Assembly (NCBI GenBank): GCA_965153455.1
Contig: OZ234494.1
Location: 2,170,001 to 2,234,000, forward strand
Length of the DNA: 64,000 nucleotides
Origin: Sphagnum compactum
Taxonomy: Eukaryota
Reading direction: 5' to 3'
Positions within the stretch are counted from its first letter, which is position 1. Each line of letters starts with the position of its first letter. The translations under genes and the position numbers were made by a program. Below the pieces are notes generated by a model. The model was not told the origin of the DNA, made no database searches, and saw only the letters and a list, made by a program, of their open reading frames with translations. Positions 49,148-61,800 of this stretch are shown one piece after another.

Positions 49148-52100
49148 TCATTCCAAGAGGCCCATGATCTCATCAGCAAGCAAGTCATCCTCTGTCCGGA
49201 CTTGTTGTGTGGGTCTGACTTCTCCTCCTACAAACCAAATACCCCAATATCAAATCCAACCTCGTCCTCAGTGTAGGAGCTTGTTATCCCAAATGCTAAG
49301 AACTTGAACAACAACGATTACAATACACAAGCTCAACCACTTTGCATTAAGACAATCAGTTTCCAAAGGCTCCTAGGAACACTCAAACCAAGGACACTTG
49401 ATTTTAAAGCTCAACAGTAACATCATCAGGAAGGACATCCAAGATCACAAGGCCTTTCAGTCACATTTGTGAAGAACTTCAACATCTGATGATAGCACTG
49501 ACGGTACTGCCACAACCTTCTAAAACAGACAAGGTGATACTCACACTCCTTTTTTTCCTGCTTACTAAATCCACAACTGCCAGCTTTTCAGCATACACAA
49601 TTCACAACAGGTTTGGAAGTCTTATAAAAAAGCTCTGGTATTGAGAACAAAATTTGTAGGATAGGATTGAGCCACCGAGAGCGAGAGAGAGAGAGCTTAC
49701 TGACCTCGCTTTTGTCTTTGTCGTTTTTGTGGAACTAGCTCCTGGCAAAAACATCAACAAAAAGGTGCAGATGGGCATCACTCCTTAAACCAAGGACAAA
49801 AATCCAATACTACCATGATAAGATACAAGAAGACAAAAATTTGGTTATTGAATCCAAGCTGTGAAACACAGGAGGACGTCCTCAATTGTGCCTCCATCTG
49901 CATCCTGATTTGTGTCCCCACCCAAAACAATCAGATTGATGATTCTGCAGTGGAGAAGGCCACAAAGTTGGTGTACCTCCTCATGGGAGTCAAGGGGCAA
50001 AGGGCAGAAGGGCTTTCGTTGACGCTCCCAATCCGAAACCATTTCCTTGAGTTCTTCTCCCAGTGTAGTGTTGCTATCTTGAAAGCTTGGCATGTCCACT
50101 ACTCTGTCATAAGTCCCAAGGCCTAGTAGCATCATGCACAAGGAGGGAGATTAGCTACTCATGCACAGATATCCCACATAGCTACACATGAAACAAGAAA
50201 GATTTCCAAGAGGTGGTGTTTTGGAAGCACCTGTGAGCACATGGTTTTTGGCTGCTTCATATTCCTGATCGATGTGCTTGAAATCATCCAGTGACAAATC
50301 CTGGGTCTACAACCACTCAAAAAAACATTTCAAGTAGTTTGGAAGGCATTGACACAAGATTATTGAAGTCCAAATATGTGGTTTGGCAATTGGGTTTGGG
50401 GTAACCCTAAACCCTAAACCCTGGACCATCAAAAACCCGATTGAGCCTCGTGGGTAATCACCTGCAAGAATGCTTATTGCAAAACCTTACTATTCAAAAG
50501 AGCTTTCATGCAATGGTTCCTGCTAGTCCTCCAACAATGCACAACATTGCTCTCTCCAACATATGGGCAACAGGAAAACATAGATCACTACTCACCAGGT
50601 CTGTGTACAAATGCTCTTGAATGGGCAGATTTGACAGCAATCTGCACAGAACCGAGACAAAAGAAACTCTACCCATATGAGGACATACACTTGGCAAGTC
50701 AAACTTTCTGTATTTCAGATTTCAATTCTCCCATTTAGCACAGCCTCAGATGCTGATCAACCACATCTAGATATTGAGATCAAAGCTAAGATGCAGACTT
50801 GAATGGCAGGTAGGATCAAATTAGAGAAGGTTTTGAGAAGCAAGCAAGGTCAAAAAAATTACCTGTTGCGGGCATGATGGAGGCGAGATGCAGCTTGAGC
50901 AGCAAGCTTATTACAGGAGTCAGCAATACTTCTCTGGTTGATGGCCACACAACCATACAGAAACACCTTTCTTTGAAGCATAAACTTGATCACCTTCAGT
51001 GCAACAACACAATCATGCTGCTTCAATTCCTTCACCAGAATACAAAGCTGCTCCAATTCCTCTGCATACACAAATCCAAACAGCAGCAGCCTGAGCCTTA
51101 AAATCTCACCTCCAGCAGGTGTCAGTTGGTTGTCCAGACCAAAAAGAGGAGGATATGTAACAGAGTAACTTATGATGAAGACTCCCTTTGAAGGAATTCC
51201 TTCACAAAGTGTAGATGAAGAAGAATTGACAAAGACTACAAACCCAAAAAAAGTCAGTGGAAAGTTTTGAGTTTTGTGTGCACCTTACCTAGTGACAGAT
51301 AAATCTTGAAGCGCTTCTCAGTCAATTGAGTCTCATACAACATGTAGAGCACATACAAGCCACCGATCTTCCATGCAATTGCTCTATCTCCAACTATAAA
51401 ACCTGTCATCCCAAAAAAAAAAAAAAACCAAACCCAAAGAAAAGCATGATGATCACAAAGGCACCAACACACCTGATCGTACATACATACATACACACTC
51501 TCGCTGACATTGTTTTCCTATTTCCTTCTCTCTCCTCCCTTGCTCCTCACAAAGCAAACACACAGCTTTCTTCCCAAATCTGTCAAACCAGAATAAAAAT
51601 GGGTGTTTTGCAGATCATCTGTGCAGATTTTATGAGCTCTTGCTCTTTGCAAAAAGTGTTTTTATCAGGGTTTTTGTTTGGAAACGATAAGCTCTGGATG
51701 TTGGTGACCTGTCCAATAAAAAAAGAAAAGAAAACCCACCACTTTTGTTGAACAGGAATTTTGCTTTACTTACCAAGTGCAGAAGAGTAGAGTGCCTGCA
51801 TGAAGAAGTCTTGTGTAACATCCTTGGGACAAGCTTCATGGATAAATGAAAATCTGCGACCTTGCCATAGCTCTTTCATATGCGACAATTCTCTTCCTTC
51901 CACCTTCTCCCCCACACAATTCACAACACCCACACACATACACACAAAAAATGGTCTCATTTCTCTCCATCTTCAGATCCCCAATTCCCCAATCCTTTGT
52001 CACTCTGCTTGCAAAACCCTTAAAAACACAACATTGCAACAAAACCACAAATCCAGAAGAAATCCCAGAATAGATGTTGATAACAACCAGGGAATTGTTT

Positions 52101-52382
52101 TTTGTTCATCACAAACCTAGAAGCAAAAAAATCCGTGGACCGACACCAGAAAGGAATTGTTGATGATCACAATAATTGGAAAGCAAGCAAGCAAAGAAAG
52201 GAATTTGTTTGTTGTTGATGACAGTTGCATGCAGAAGTGCAAGAATTGTGCAAAGAGGAAATGGGGATTTGAAGTTTTTTTGTTTTTTTAGGGTGGAATG
52301 GTGAAAGAACAACAACCAAACGCACTTGAGCAAATGCATGAACAAGCTCTTGAATGTCCTGAGCAGCTCCTGTCATGTCCAT
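49148..52382 (-). CDS. SNAPC1: snRNA-activating protein complex subunit 1 (SNAP43) family protein, multi-exon
   Basis: Exons approx. 52326-52382 (MDMTGAAQDIQELVHAFAQ), 51773-51903 (SHMKELWQGRRFSFIHEACP...FFMQALYSSAL), 51289-51403 (KIGGLYVLYMLYETQ...FKIYLSL), 50863-51063 (EELEQLCILVKELKQ), 50597-50640, 50232-50306, ~49980-50124, 49704-49741, 49148-~49228. The 3' exons are less certain. Confidence 0.78.
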
Positions 52383-53128
52383 CTTCTTGCCTTCTCCTCT
52401 GACCTTTTTCCTCAAACCCTAAAATCTGAAACTGTGTGCACCTGCTACTGCTTCCCACCAAATAATAAGTACCCACTCAATCTCTTTCTGTCTCACTGTG
52501 TGCATTTTCCAAGCTTTCAAGATGCCCTCTGTCTCTTCTGCAACAAACATGAGACAAAAACCCTTCCACAAAACCTAACGAAAACCCTAAAGAAAGAAAC
52601 AGAAGACAAAACCTTCCACAAACCCTAAAAAAACCAACCAAAATAAAACACCAACAGAAGCAAAGAAGGATAAAACGGTGCTCTACAAAAACTGTTGTTT
52701 CTTCACAAAATCATTCTTCCCACAGCGTCTTTGCAAAATCTGGGAGATGCAGAATCATTTCACAGACTAAAGAAGACTGGTCAAAGAAGAACAGGAAGCA
52801 GAATATGTATCAGACCTACCTACCCAAGGAAAAAAATTCTGATGTCTTCTGGTTCCTTCCTCAAGACCTACAAAAATCCAGAGAAGACAAGATTCAAATC
52901 CCAAGACAGGAAGAAGAAGAAGAAAGAAGGAAAGGATGCAAGAAAGAAACCGCTTCTTCTTCTTCTTCTCTTCTCTCATCGGATTCTTCTTCTTCTTGCC
53001 TCTTCTGGTAATGGGTATGGGTCAGATGATCATTACTCAGACTCTGAAGAAATCTGTGCCAAGAATCTGAAGAAAACAAAAAGAGAGAGCAAGAGGAGGA
53101 GCAAGAAGGAGAACAACCCATTGTGTGC
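52383..53128. promoter_or_regulatory. Divergent (bidirectional) promoter and 5'UTR region with telo-box motifs
   Basis: Start codons of the two genes are ~750 bp apart, head-to-head. AAACCCTAA telo-boxes near 52414, 52582 and 52621. Confidence 0.55.
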
Positions 53129-56100
53129 ATGGCAATGGAAGAGAGCAAGGGGAGTTGCTGCTGCTTCTGTGTGGGGCAGAGAGTGTTGTCTCTCACAAGC
53201 AACAGTAATGAAAGAGGAACTGTGAAGTATGTGGGAGCAGTGGAAGGATACGAGGGAGTGTGGGTGGGAGTGGAATGGGATAGTGGACAAGGTCGGCACA
53301 ATGGAAGAGTGAATGGGATTCAGTACTTCTGCACACAAGATCAGCTGCCCTCAGGCTCCCTTGTGCGACCCAACAAGCTGAGTGCTGGTGTTTCCTTGCT
53401 GGATGCTCTCTCTTCTCGCTACAAAGCAACTTTGTCACAATCTGAAGAAGGTAAGGAACAAACCCTCCTCCTCTTGTTCTTGTTCTTCTTCAGTTAGCTT
53501 CTTTTGTTTATTGATACTGGAAGAGATCAAGTAGAAGACATCTCTGTCTGCACACAAAGAGAAGCTGCACATGCAGAAGACATCTCCGTCTGCATACAAA
53601 GAGAAAATGCACATGCAGAAGACATCTATCTCTGTCTGCAAACAAAGAGAAAATTCACATGCAGACGACATTTCTGTCTGCACCCAAAGAGAAATGCACG
53701 TGTAGACGACCTCGTTGTCTGCACAGAAAGAGAAAATGCACATGCAGAAGACATCAAACAGAAGAGATTTCTCTCTCCACTCTGTCTCTGCAAATACATT
53801 TTTTTTTTTGTGTGAAATGCACATCTTCTTCTACTTCCAAAAGAAGAAAGAAGAACAAAAACAACAACAACAACAACAACAAGCATCATCATACATCTTG
53901 TGGGTGCCGGATGTGTTGGTGGGGTATGTCAGATGACATGTATGTTACAACACAGAGGCGGATGCGAGTGACAGTTGAACTCGTTGGCAAGAACCAGGTG
54001 GCAGAGCATCAAGCACATCTGGAGATGCTCACAGTTGCCACTCTTGCATATACTGGTGTATGTTCTGCAGGAGCACAAGGCGAGATCCGATCGTCTGCTC
54101 CAAGTAAAAAGAAAAACCCCATATCTCTCTCTCACCCTTCTTCTTCCTCTCATATCTCTCTCACCCCTCCTTCCTCCTCCTCTCTTTTTTATTGTTGTTG
54201 TGCAAATGAAAGATCTGATCTTTTCTCTTTGACAAAAACAAAATTGGTTTTGGGAATTTTTGTTATGATGGTATCTATGGTTTGTTGCTTGCACAAAATG
54301 CACAAAATGCTCATATATTTCCTCTTTCTTTCTGTTGAAAATTTTCTTGGAGCAATTGGGTAATACCCAAATTGTAATCTTCTACATCTAAAATGGGGTT
54401 TCTATAACTAAAATGCACAAAATGCTCATATGTTTCCTCTTTCTTTCTTTTGTTTCTTGGAGTGATTCAGTAGTACCCAAATCGTTGTAATCTTCTACAG
54501 CAAACTTAGGGTTTCTATAACTGTGAATATTATTTTGCTGCTGCTTCTACAGACATTACTGATCTGGATCTTACGGGGAATCTCATCTCGGACTGGCAGG
54601 TAAAGAGAGACAACAATTCTCACAGGAACCCACCCATCCAAGAAAGAAAGAATTCCCCAAGGACTTTGGCTGTAAACAAATGAGATATGCAAATAGAGAA
54701 AAAAACTGATACATATGTGTTTTGATCACAAGAGTGTTTGTTTGCACAAACTTCTATTGACTTATGACAGATGATGACAACAACAACTGTAGCTAGTGAA
54801 TGAAAGGATTGAACTGCAGTATATTTTTGGTGTTTGTGATTTTATTTTTTATGGCAGGAAGTTGGCCGCATTTGTGAAGAGCTACCAGCTCTAAAGCTTC
54901 TTGATCTCAGCAGCAGTCGCATTGCAATTACCACGAGAGATGGATTGCCAGTGCTCTCAAACTTGACAACACTTGTGCTCAACCACTGTGCCATGAGATG
55001 GAAACATGTATAGCACGCCCCCCCTCCATATACTAAAGTGGAAAAGTCTCAAAGATTCTCCTCGTATCTGTTGGTTTTGGGAATCTTTTGATGCTTCTTA
55101 CTGATTGTGTTTTGCTGTGAGTGCGAGTTCAATGTCTTGATTTTTTTTGCCCTTGCAGCATTAAGCTTGGTTAATTCAATGCTGAATTCTATTTGTGCAG
55201 GTAGAAGCACTTAATGGGTGTCTTCCAAAAATTGAGGAGCTATCCCTCTGTGGAAATAAGTTGCAGAGTATTGAGGTACTTGTTGGCTGCCATCATGTCA
55301 ACTGCTTATTGTTCTTCCTGGAACAATGGTAGACATTTGCTGGATATGCAGTTCTTGTTTTCTTTCGATTGAGCATCTTTTCATTTGAGTGCTGCAATTT
55401 GTCTTTTTGTCTTCATGTTCGATGTGGGAGGGTGGGGTAAGGCAGGCGGACTCCACCTGCACAGAAACAACAACCACCAGTCAGCCTTTTGTTGGAGGAT
55501 TCGAGTCACTGCGCCTTTTGAACCTGGAAGACAACTTGTTTGGCAACTGGAATGAGATTGTAAAGCTATCTCGATTGCAGAGGTTGCATTTCATCCCTTC
55601 AAAATGCATGTGGTTTGGTCTTTGTGCACTCAAAAGAATCTGATAGTTTTCTTTCTCACCTAATTAGACTTTAACCCAATAAGACTTGTGCCTTCCAAAT
55701 ACTCCTCCTTGCTGGAGTTTTGGTCATTCAAATAGAGTTCCAGTGCAAAGTTCCAGCTCTACGTAATTTTTTCAGGGCTACCCATATGTGGAGAAATCAG
55801 GTTTGTTTTAAGAGCAGCTCCACCAGTGCTCAGTACGTGGCGCTGCAAAAGAAAATTGGATGAAGAAAAGTCAAAACATGCCCAGTTTGGCTCAGCAAAA
55901 TGGTTTTGGCCCAGCATTTTTGCACAGGATGTAGAGGCTCCCAAAAGGCACATCAAAGCCTAACACCTGCTGTTGATTGGCTAGATAGTTTGATTGGTCC
56001 AGATGGGTTGCTATTAGTAGTCTCCCACTTATTTGCAATCCCAGTTTTAGTTTTATGGGCAGGGTTGGAAAAAAGTAAATAACCAGACTTGGATGTGAAA

Positions 56101-58861
56101 AGTACTTGTGTATGGTCACATACTGAGCACCATTGGAGATGCTTGAAGAGATTCATAATGGGTGGAATATGGATTCTGAAATTTGCAGTGTCACCAAACA
56201 TGAACATGAATTCGTGAGAGTGAGAGTTTGTGCTGTTTTTTGTTTGGGGGTGCAGCTTGCAGCAACTATATCTGAGTGGCAACTGCCTTCAACAGCTCTG
56301 GTATCCAGACTCTTCTAGCTCTACTGCTGATCGTCATCACAAGGATACAGAATTCAAGCCTTTTGCAGCATTACGATGCCTTCTTCTAGGTGCAGCCCCA
56401 GAACATGATCAATCATTCTAGACTTAATATTTGTTTCTTGCACTGACAATTGGCACATCAAATTTGATGCCAACAGTCCATATGAACGGTCATGTTTGTT
56501 GCCATATTAAGGTTTCATGATGGCATGATGGCAGCTGGGAACAAAATCTCGGAGTGGTCTTCTGTGGATGCACTTGATCAATTTCCTGCTCTTGAGGTGC
56601 TGTAAAATATACCCTTCTTCTTCATGCCCGTAAACAGCAGTTTGACAGCACTGGGCTCGTCACAGTGTCAAGTCTTGGAGGGAAGCTTGCTGCCTGTCTG
56701 TCTTTCCTCACTTGGGATTTCTTTTGTCTGGAGAATGAATCTCTCCTTTTTTTCTGTGCAGGAAGTCCGGCTTTCTCAGAATCCACTAACAGATTCTGGA
56801 AATGGTGTTGCACCCCGCTACATGCTGATTGCACACTTGGGGAAAGTCACCAGCCTCAATGGCAGCCAAGTAAGTAAACAAGTGTTTTGCATGTTCAACC
56901 TCTGCTTGTTCTGATTTCTATGTGGAGGAGCCCTATGGGTCTCATAGCTGTAAACAAGATTAGTGTAAGAATTGGGCAGAAGTATCAGCCTCCTTGGTGT
57001 TTGGATGCAAACCTCTATAGCCATGAGAGTAGCATCATGCATTTTCTCACATGCTTTTTCTGTTCAGCTTATGTGAGTGGGGATCTTGTGCAGGTCAAAC
57101 CAAGAGAGAGAAGAGATGCAGAAATCAGGTCTATCCGTTAACCCATTTATCTTTCTTTTGCTTTTCCATCTTGATGCAGTCAGGAATCTTTCGCGTGTGG
57201 GTTTGTCTTGAATATTTTGCTCCTCCAGTCATTCAGGATTTCTCCATCAAATGCAGTCACAGATTTTTGTCTTTATGAAAATGATTTTTTTATATGATAA
57301 TGCACAGATATGTGCGCCATGTACTGAGCACCATGCAGAGAAAAGACATGGAAGAGATCATGAAATCTCACCCCAGGTGCTTTTCTCTTCTTGAACTTGC
57401 CATTTTTATTGGAAAGAAGGGTACCCATCATTTGCTTCAGGTGGGACTGTTGCATATGCAGGTTTAGGGTTCAGGGTTTACCCTAAGCCCTAAACCCTGG
57501 GACCATGAAAATGTCACCTGGCAAGTTCCAAAGAGCATGCAGCTTGCTTTGAAAACAGACTTGACAAAAAGGCTATCAAAAACTGGCCTCTGTTGTAAGG
57601 GATGGATCTCATTTCAGTAGAAATTGTGTGGGACACAGGTTTGAACATCTCCGACTGTTGCATGATGTGCCTATGGACTTGGGCGGTGGATCAACTGGAA
57701 AAACTTCCACAATGGCCTCTTCCTTGATTTGTACACACCCTCCCAAAATACCAACAGACTTAGAATCAGTGCCATTGTTCACATGTAGAAAAGTAAGAGA
57801 GATGTTCTGATCAGTGAATCAAAGAGCTGTAAAGTTTCTCCATTTCCCATGTTTGAATCCAAGGATTTGTCCAATGCTTGAGTTTTTTCCCAGCAAAAAA
57901 CATGTGAATGCAATTGGGAGGATAAGAGCAATTTTGTGATGTTATGCACATTGGATTGCACTTGTGGGTTTATGTGTGGGTTGAAGCAGCTGTAAGCATT
58001 GTTTGCGTGGCTGCAACGATTGGAGAGAGAGCACCTATTACCAAGAAACTCCCAAGCTCTACCACTGTCAGTTTGCCACTTCACTTACAAAATGTTCTTT
58101 CTTCTTGGAAAGCTTATATTGGGGTTTTTCTATTTTGCAATTTATACATGTCCAAATTCAAGCATTGATTTCGGATGCTGTGGGTGTTTGTCAAATCTGA
58201 TTGGAGTTCAAGTCAGAGTCTTCTTTGTGTTATTTTAATGCAATTAAATTCATGTTCTACAGACACTTGGCAGTGACACACAATGGAGAAATCAACAGTC
58301 TGCTAGTAGTTTCCCATAACCAGAAAAATTATCAAGAGTAAAGGAATGGGTGTTCACCCTACTGCTTGGGAAAATATTTGGGGCATAAATGGTGTAAATT
58401 GGGCTTACAGATTGGCAGGTTGAAGGTTGTTTGTGAGGCCCTCTTCAAGCTGAGGGCAGCTCGACAGCAACTTTTCATCAAAGATCAGGTACCAAAAAAA
58501 AATTCCTGCAACAATAGATCCCATTCTAGTCATAGCAACAGCAAGGCTTTCTCCTTGTTTCATAAATTAATCTTGCAGTATTGAATAGCGTCAGTCTCTG
58601 TTCCCACTCTATTTGGTGCCTATTGCAGCATGTGACGCCTGATACCCAAGATGAAGCCCTAGTAATATAAGTTGGGTTAGCCAATGGTCATAATGCATTG
58701 CTTTTCATGCAATGAGGTAAAGATTGTTGGGTGTTGATATGTGAGTGATTTCTTTGTAGGATGCACCCCTACCCATTGCGTTGGTGGATGACATGGAGAG
58801 TTTGGCAGACCTTGGGTTTGTGGCAAATACAACAATAATTGTTGATGAGGTGCATGACTAG
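53129..58861 (+). CDS. TBCE: Tubulin-folding cofactor E (CAP-Gly, LRR, C-terminal ubiquitin-like domain), ~15 exons
   Basis: Exon 1 53129-53450 is CAP-Gly (VGQRV...RGTVKYVGAVEGYEGVWVGVEWDSGQGRHNGRVNGIQYF). LRR exons ITDLDLTGNLISDWQ, LRLLNLEDN, LQQLYLSGN, EVRLSQNP, RERRDAEIR. UBL exons KKLPSSTT, IGRLKVVCEALFKL. Last exon ends TAG at 58859-58861. Confidence 0.92.
53534..53830. repeat. ~44-bp intronic tandem repeat in TBCE intron 1
   Basis: GAAGACATCTCTGTCTGCACACAAAGAGAAAATGCACATGCA-like unit, about 5-6 degenerate copies. Confidence 0.8.
55812..56144. mobile_element. PIF/Harbinger (Tourist)-like MITE in a TBCE intron
   Basis: Imperfect ~23-bp TIRs GAGCAGCTCCACCAGTGCTCAGTA ... TACTGAGCACCATTGGAGATGCT (GAGCATCTCCA-type terminus). 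Left flank TAA. Confidence 0.65.
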
Positions 58862-61800
58862 TAATCCCTCTCATTTGAAGGTTTCTCTACAATTCCCTGC
58901 ATATTCGGAAGTAAGAGATTCAGCATTGTTCATGAACTTCAATTGGGAATTTGATCATGTCTCACAACTTTATCACCAAAAATTTTGCGAATAATAAAAT
59001 TGTAGCAGCTTTCACCAGAACCCAATGAAATAACTAGATGTACCTTTGTCTTCTCTTTAGACCAAAAATCATTAACTTAAAAAACTAATGGTCACAGAAG
59101 GAGGACTCATCCTTATCCCCTTTTGTACCAATTATTTTATATCATGAAATTAACAATTTATTCATAAAAATAGCCCATGACGATTTAAGTCGATTCACAT
59201 TTAATCAAGTGACTATGTAGATATGTGACTGCCATAAAAACAAGCAAGAAACATAGTAACATGTATGGTTGATTGCAATTGATCTTACAAATTTGTAAGG
59301 GGAATAACCAATGAGTGAAATTAATTGTGTGATGAACATTGCATATGAACATATGTACCAAATATTGGTTATGTGAATTAGCAACACACATGTCATTTGT
59401 TAATGCTTTCCACATTTGTTCAATTTCACAATTTGATCATGAGTTTGATTTTCTAGAAAGTAAAGTTTAATCAATATGTAAATCGCTCAATTTTTTAATT
59501 AATTATCAAAGAAAGGAATTCAAATCTTCAATTAATTTTCCTATATTTTCCATAATAAACATGTAGATTAATAGCTTCTTCTTTTTTTACATTAGAGTTT
59601 TAGATGTTTAGAAATTTAACTTGTGTATTTTTTTCATCCTCACTTTTGGTCACACTAGGGTTCATGAATTGTAATTTCTTGTATTATATGGGTCATTTAT
59701 TATCCTTAAGAATTCCAATTAATTTTGAAACTTTTATACATTCATTTTATAACATGATTTTGAATCTAAATAAATGTTATTGAAAAGAGGAAACCAATTA
59801 AGATAAAGAATGATTATAGGTTACATAACTCATTTGAATTATCATGACAAATAAATGATTATTATTTTATATAATGTATTTCATAGTACTTTTAGTTTTT
59901 TTTGAAAAATTAATTTAGTGAAACTTTCAACATTTTTGGTTTAAATTAGTTTATCTTATCAATTTGTAATTGTTCACATAGATTTTTTGAAATTGATAGT
60001 AATTAGAGAATAATGGTATATGTTTTTTTGGTATGTCGTGGTTTTCCCATATGATGTTTGAAATTGTGTGCATTTGAGTCATTGAATTGTTTAATGAGTT
60101 AATTAAACTTAAGTTTATGCTCATATACAAATATGAATAAAGATATTTAATAAATTTAAGAACATTTTGAAGATAAGTTTGAATCATAACATGAATCATA
60201 ATGATATTTCATACAGTGTAAAAACACTTCATATTATTGTTGAAAAGATTAAATGAAATAAAGAAATATTTTTATTTACCATTTAACTTTTGCTTATGAA
60301 TTGTTATTTTAGTAATGACCTTTTAAGGTTAATTTTTCTTTATTATTTGATTAATGAACATAACATATGCATATGAAGATTGAATTATTGAATCCACCCA
60401 ATGCAAATGTTGATGATGTGAAATTTTCAATTATTCATTAATTTTTATTTGATAAGCTTACTGATTCATATGTGATTTGTTTTGTATTGGATAACTAAAT
60501 GCTAAATTATTTTCCACCATAGATATTTATGAAAATGAAATGATTTGCAACATATTTTTATTGAAATGAAATCAATGTGAATTTAATAAAGCTAATAATA
60601 CGTGAACAATATGGAAATTGATGTTTGTTTTTAAACTATATAATTTAATACTAAGGATGTTATTTAACAAATGTGTGAACATAAATGAATGTGTAGACCT
60701 TATTGTTTAATTAAATGAATAATGGATAAATGATCATGGTACATGAATGAAAAAAAAGGATGAATGGTGAGAGAAAGAAAAATGAGTAAACTTTAAACTT
60801 TTAAACTTACCCACCCTCCTTACTTACATACACAGACATTATAATCGAACGTGCATATACCTAACATGAGTTGCATTTAAATTCTCATTCTTGGCAAAAA
60901 TGAGCAAACCACTACATCCAAGGAAGAATGACGACTCATTTTCAACTTTTGAGCTACCATCTCAGCACTCTCGCCTATTCTTTTCTCCAAAGCAAGCAAC
61001 TCATGCACTCATGCAAAAAACCCAAAAAATTTGTAACAATACGTCAACGGGCCGTGATAAATGAAAATAGATTCCTCCCTAGCTATAATTATCAACTCGA
61101 ATCACTCCTCTTCACATTGTTCGATGCCAGCAACGGAAAATTTGATGCGTAATACATTGTCAAGATGTCTTTTGCCTTTCATCCATGACCGAGCATTTTT
61201 TACATCATTTGGAACACGAGCATCAATCTCCCGTCGACGTACCACATTCACCTGACGCATCGCAAAATTCTTACATATCACCCATATGCTCTATGAGATC
61301 TTGCCTTCTCACATAAGTCGTGTGAGTGGTCTTCACAGATACAGGGAGCACCCATATTGGTGATGCCCAAGATTTTGGACGATCGCTATGTAATGATTCA
61401 ACCAGGAAGACTTCAAAAGAAGCATAGTCCCCAATCGAGGTCGAAAAAATAGGCTAAAACTAGGGAAAACAAAGTGCCCTCCATGTGCTACGTCCCTTGT
61501 AGAAATTCACACATACACAATTTAAACTTAAAAAACATTCGAAAATGGCAAAAGAAGGAAATAAATCGAAAATAAAAAATACCTTTGATAAACCAAGAAA
61601 TCACAGAATGCAACACATCTTATTTAGTATGTGCCACAGACAAATAATTTTTTATGACCAAGGTCTTCACCTTTATTTCCCTAAAAATTAGAATAACCAT
61701 GTTGATTTTATTTTCATTTTTCCTAAAAAATTAAAAAACACATTAGTTTTTTTCAACGATTATCACTTAACTTTGATAGTCTCTTTTCATGAATCAGAAA

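Noticed and set aside
52695-53338. 176-aa and overlapping ORFs between SNAPC1 and TBCE
   Set aside because: Low-complexity GAA/CTT-rich UTR sequence or antisense to TBCE exon 1; no recognisable domain.
53659-54363. 234-aa ORF as an independent gene
   Set aside because: It is TBCE exon 2 plus read-through into flanking intronic repeats.
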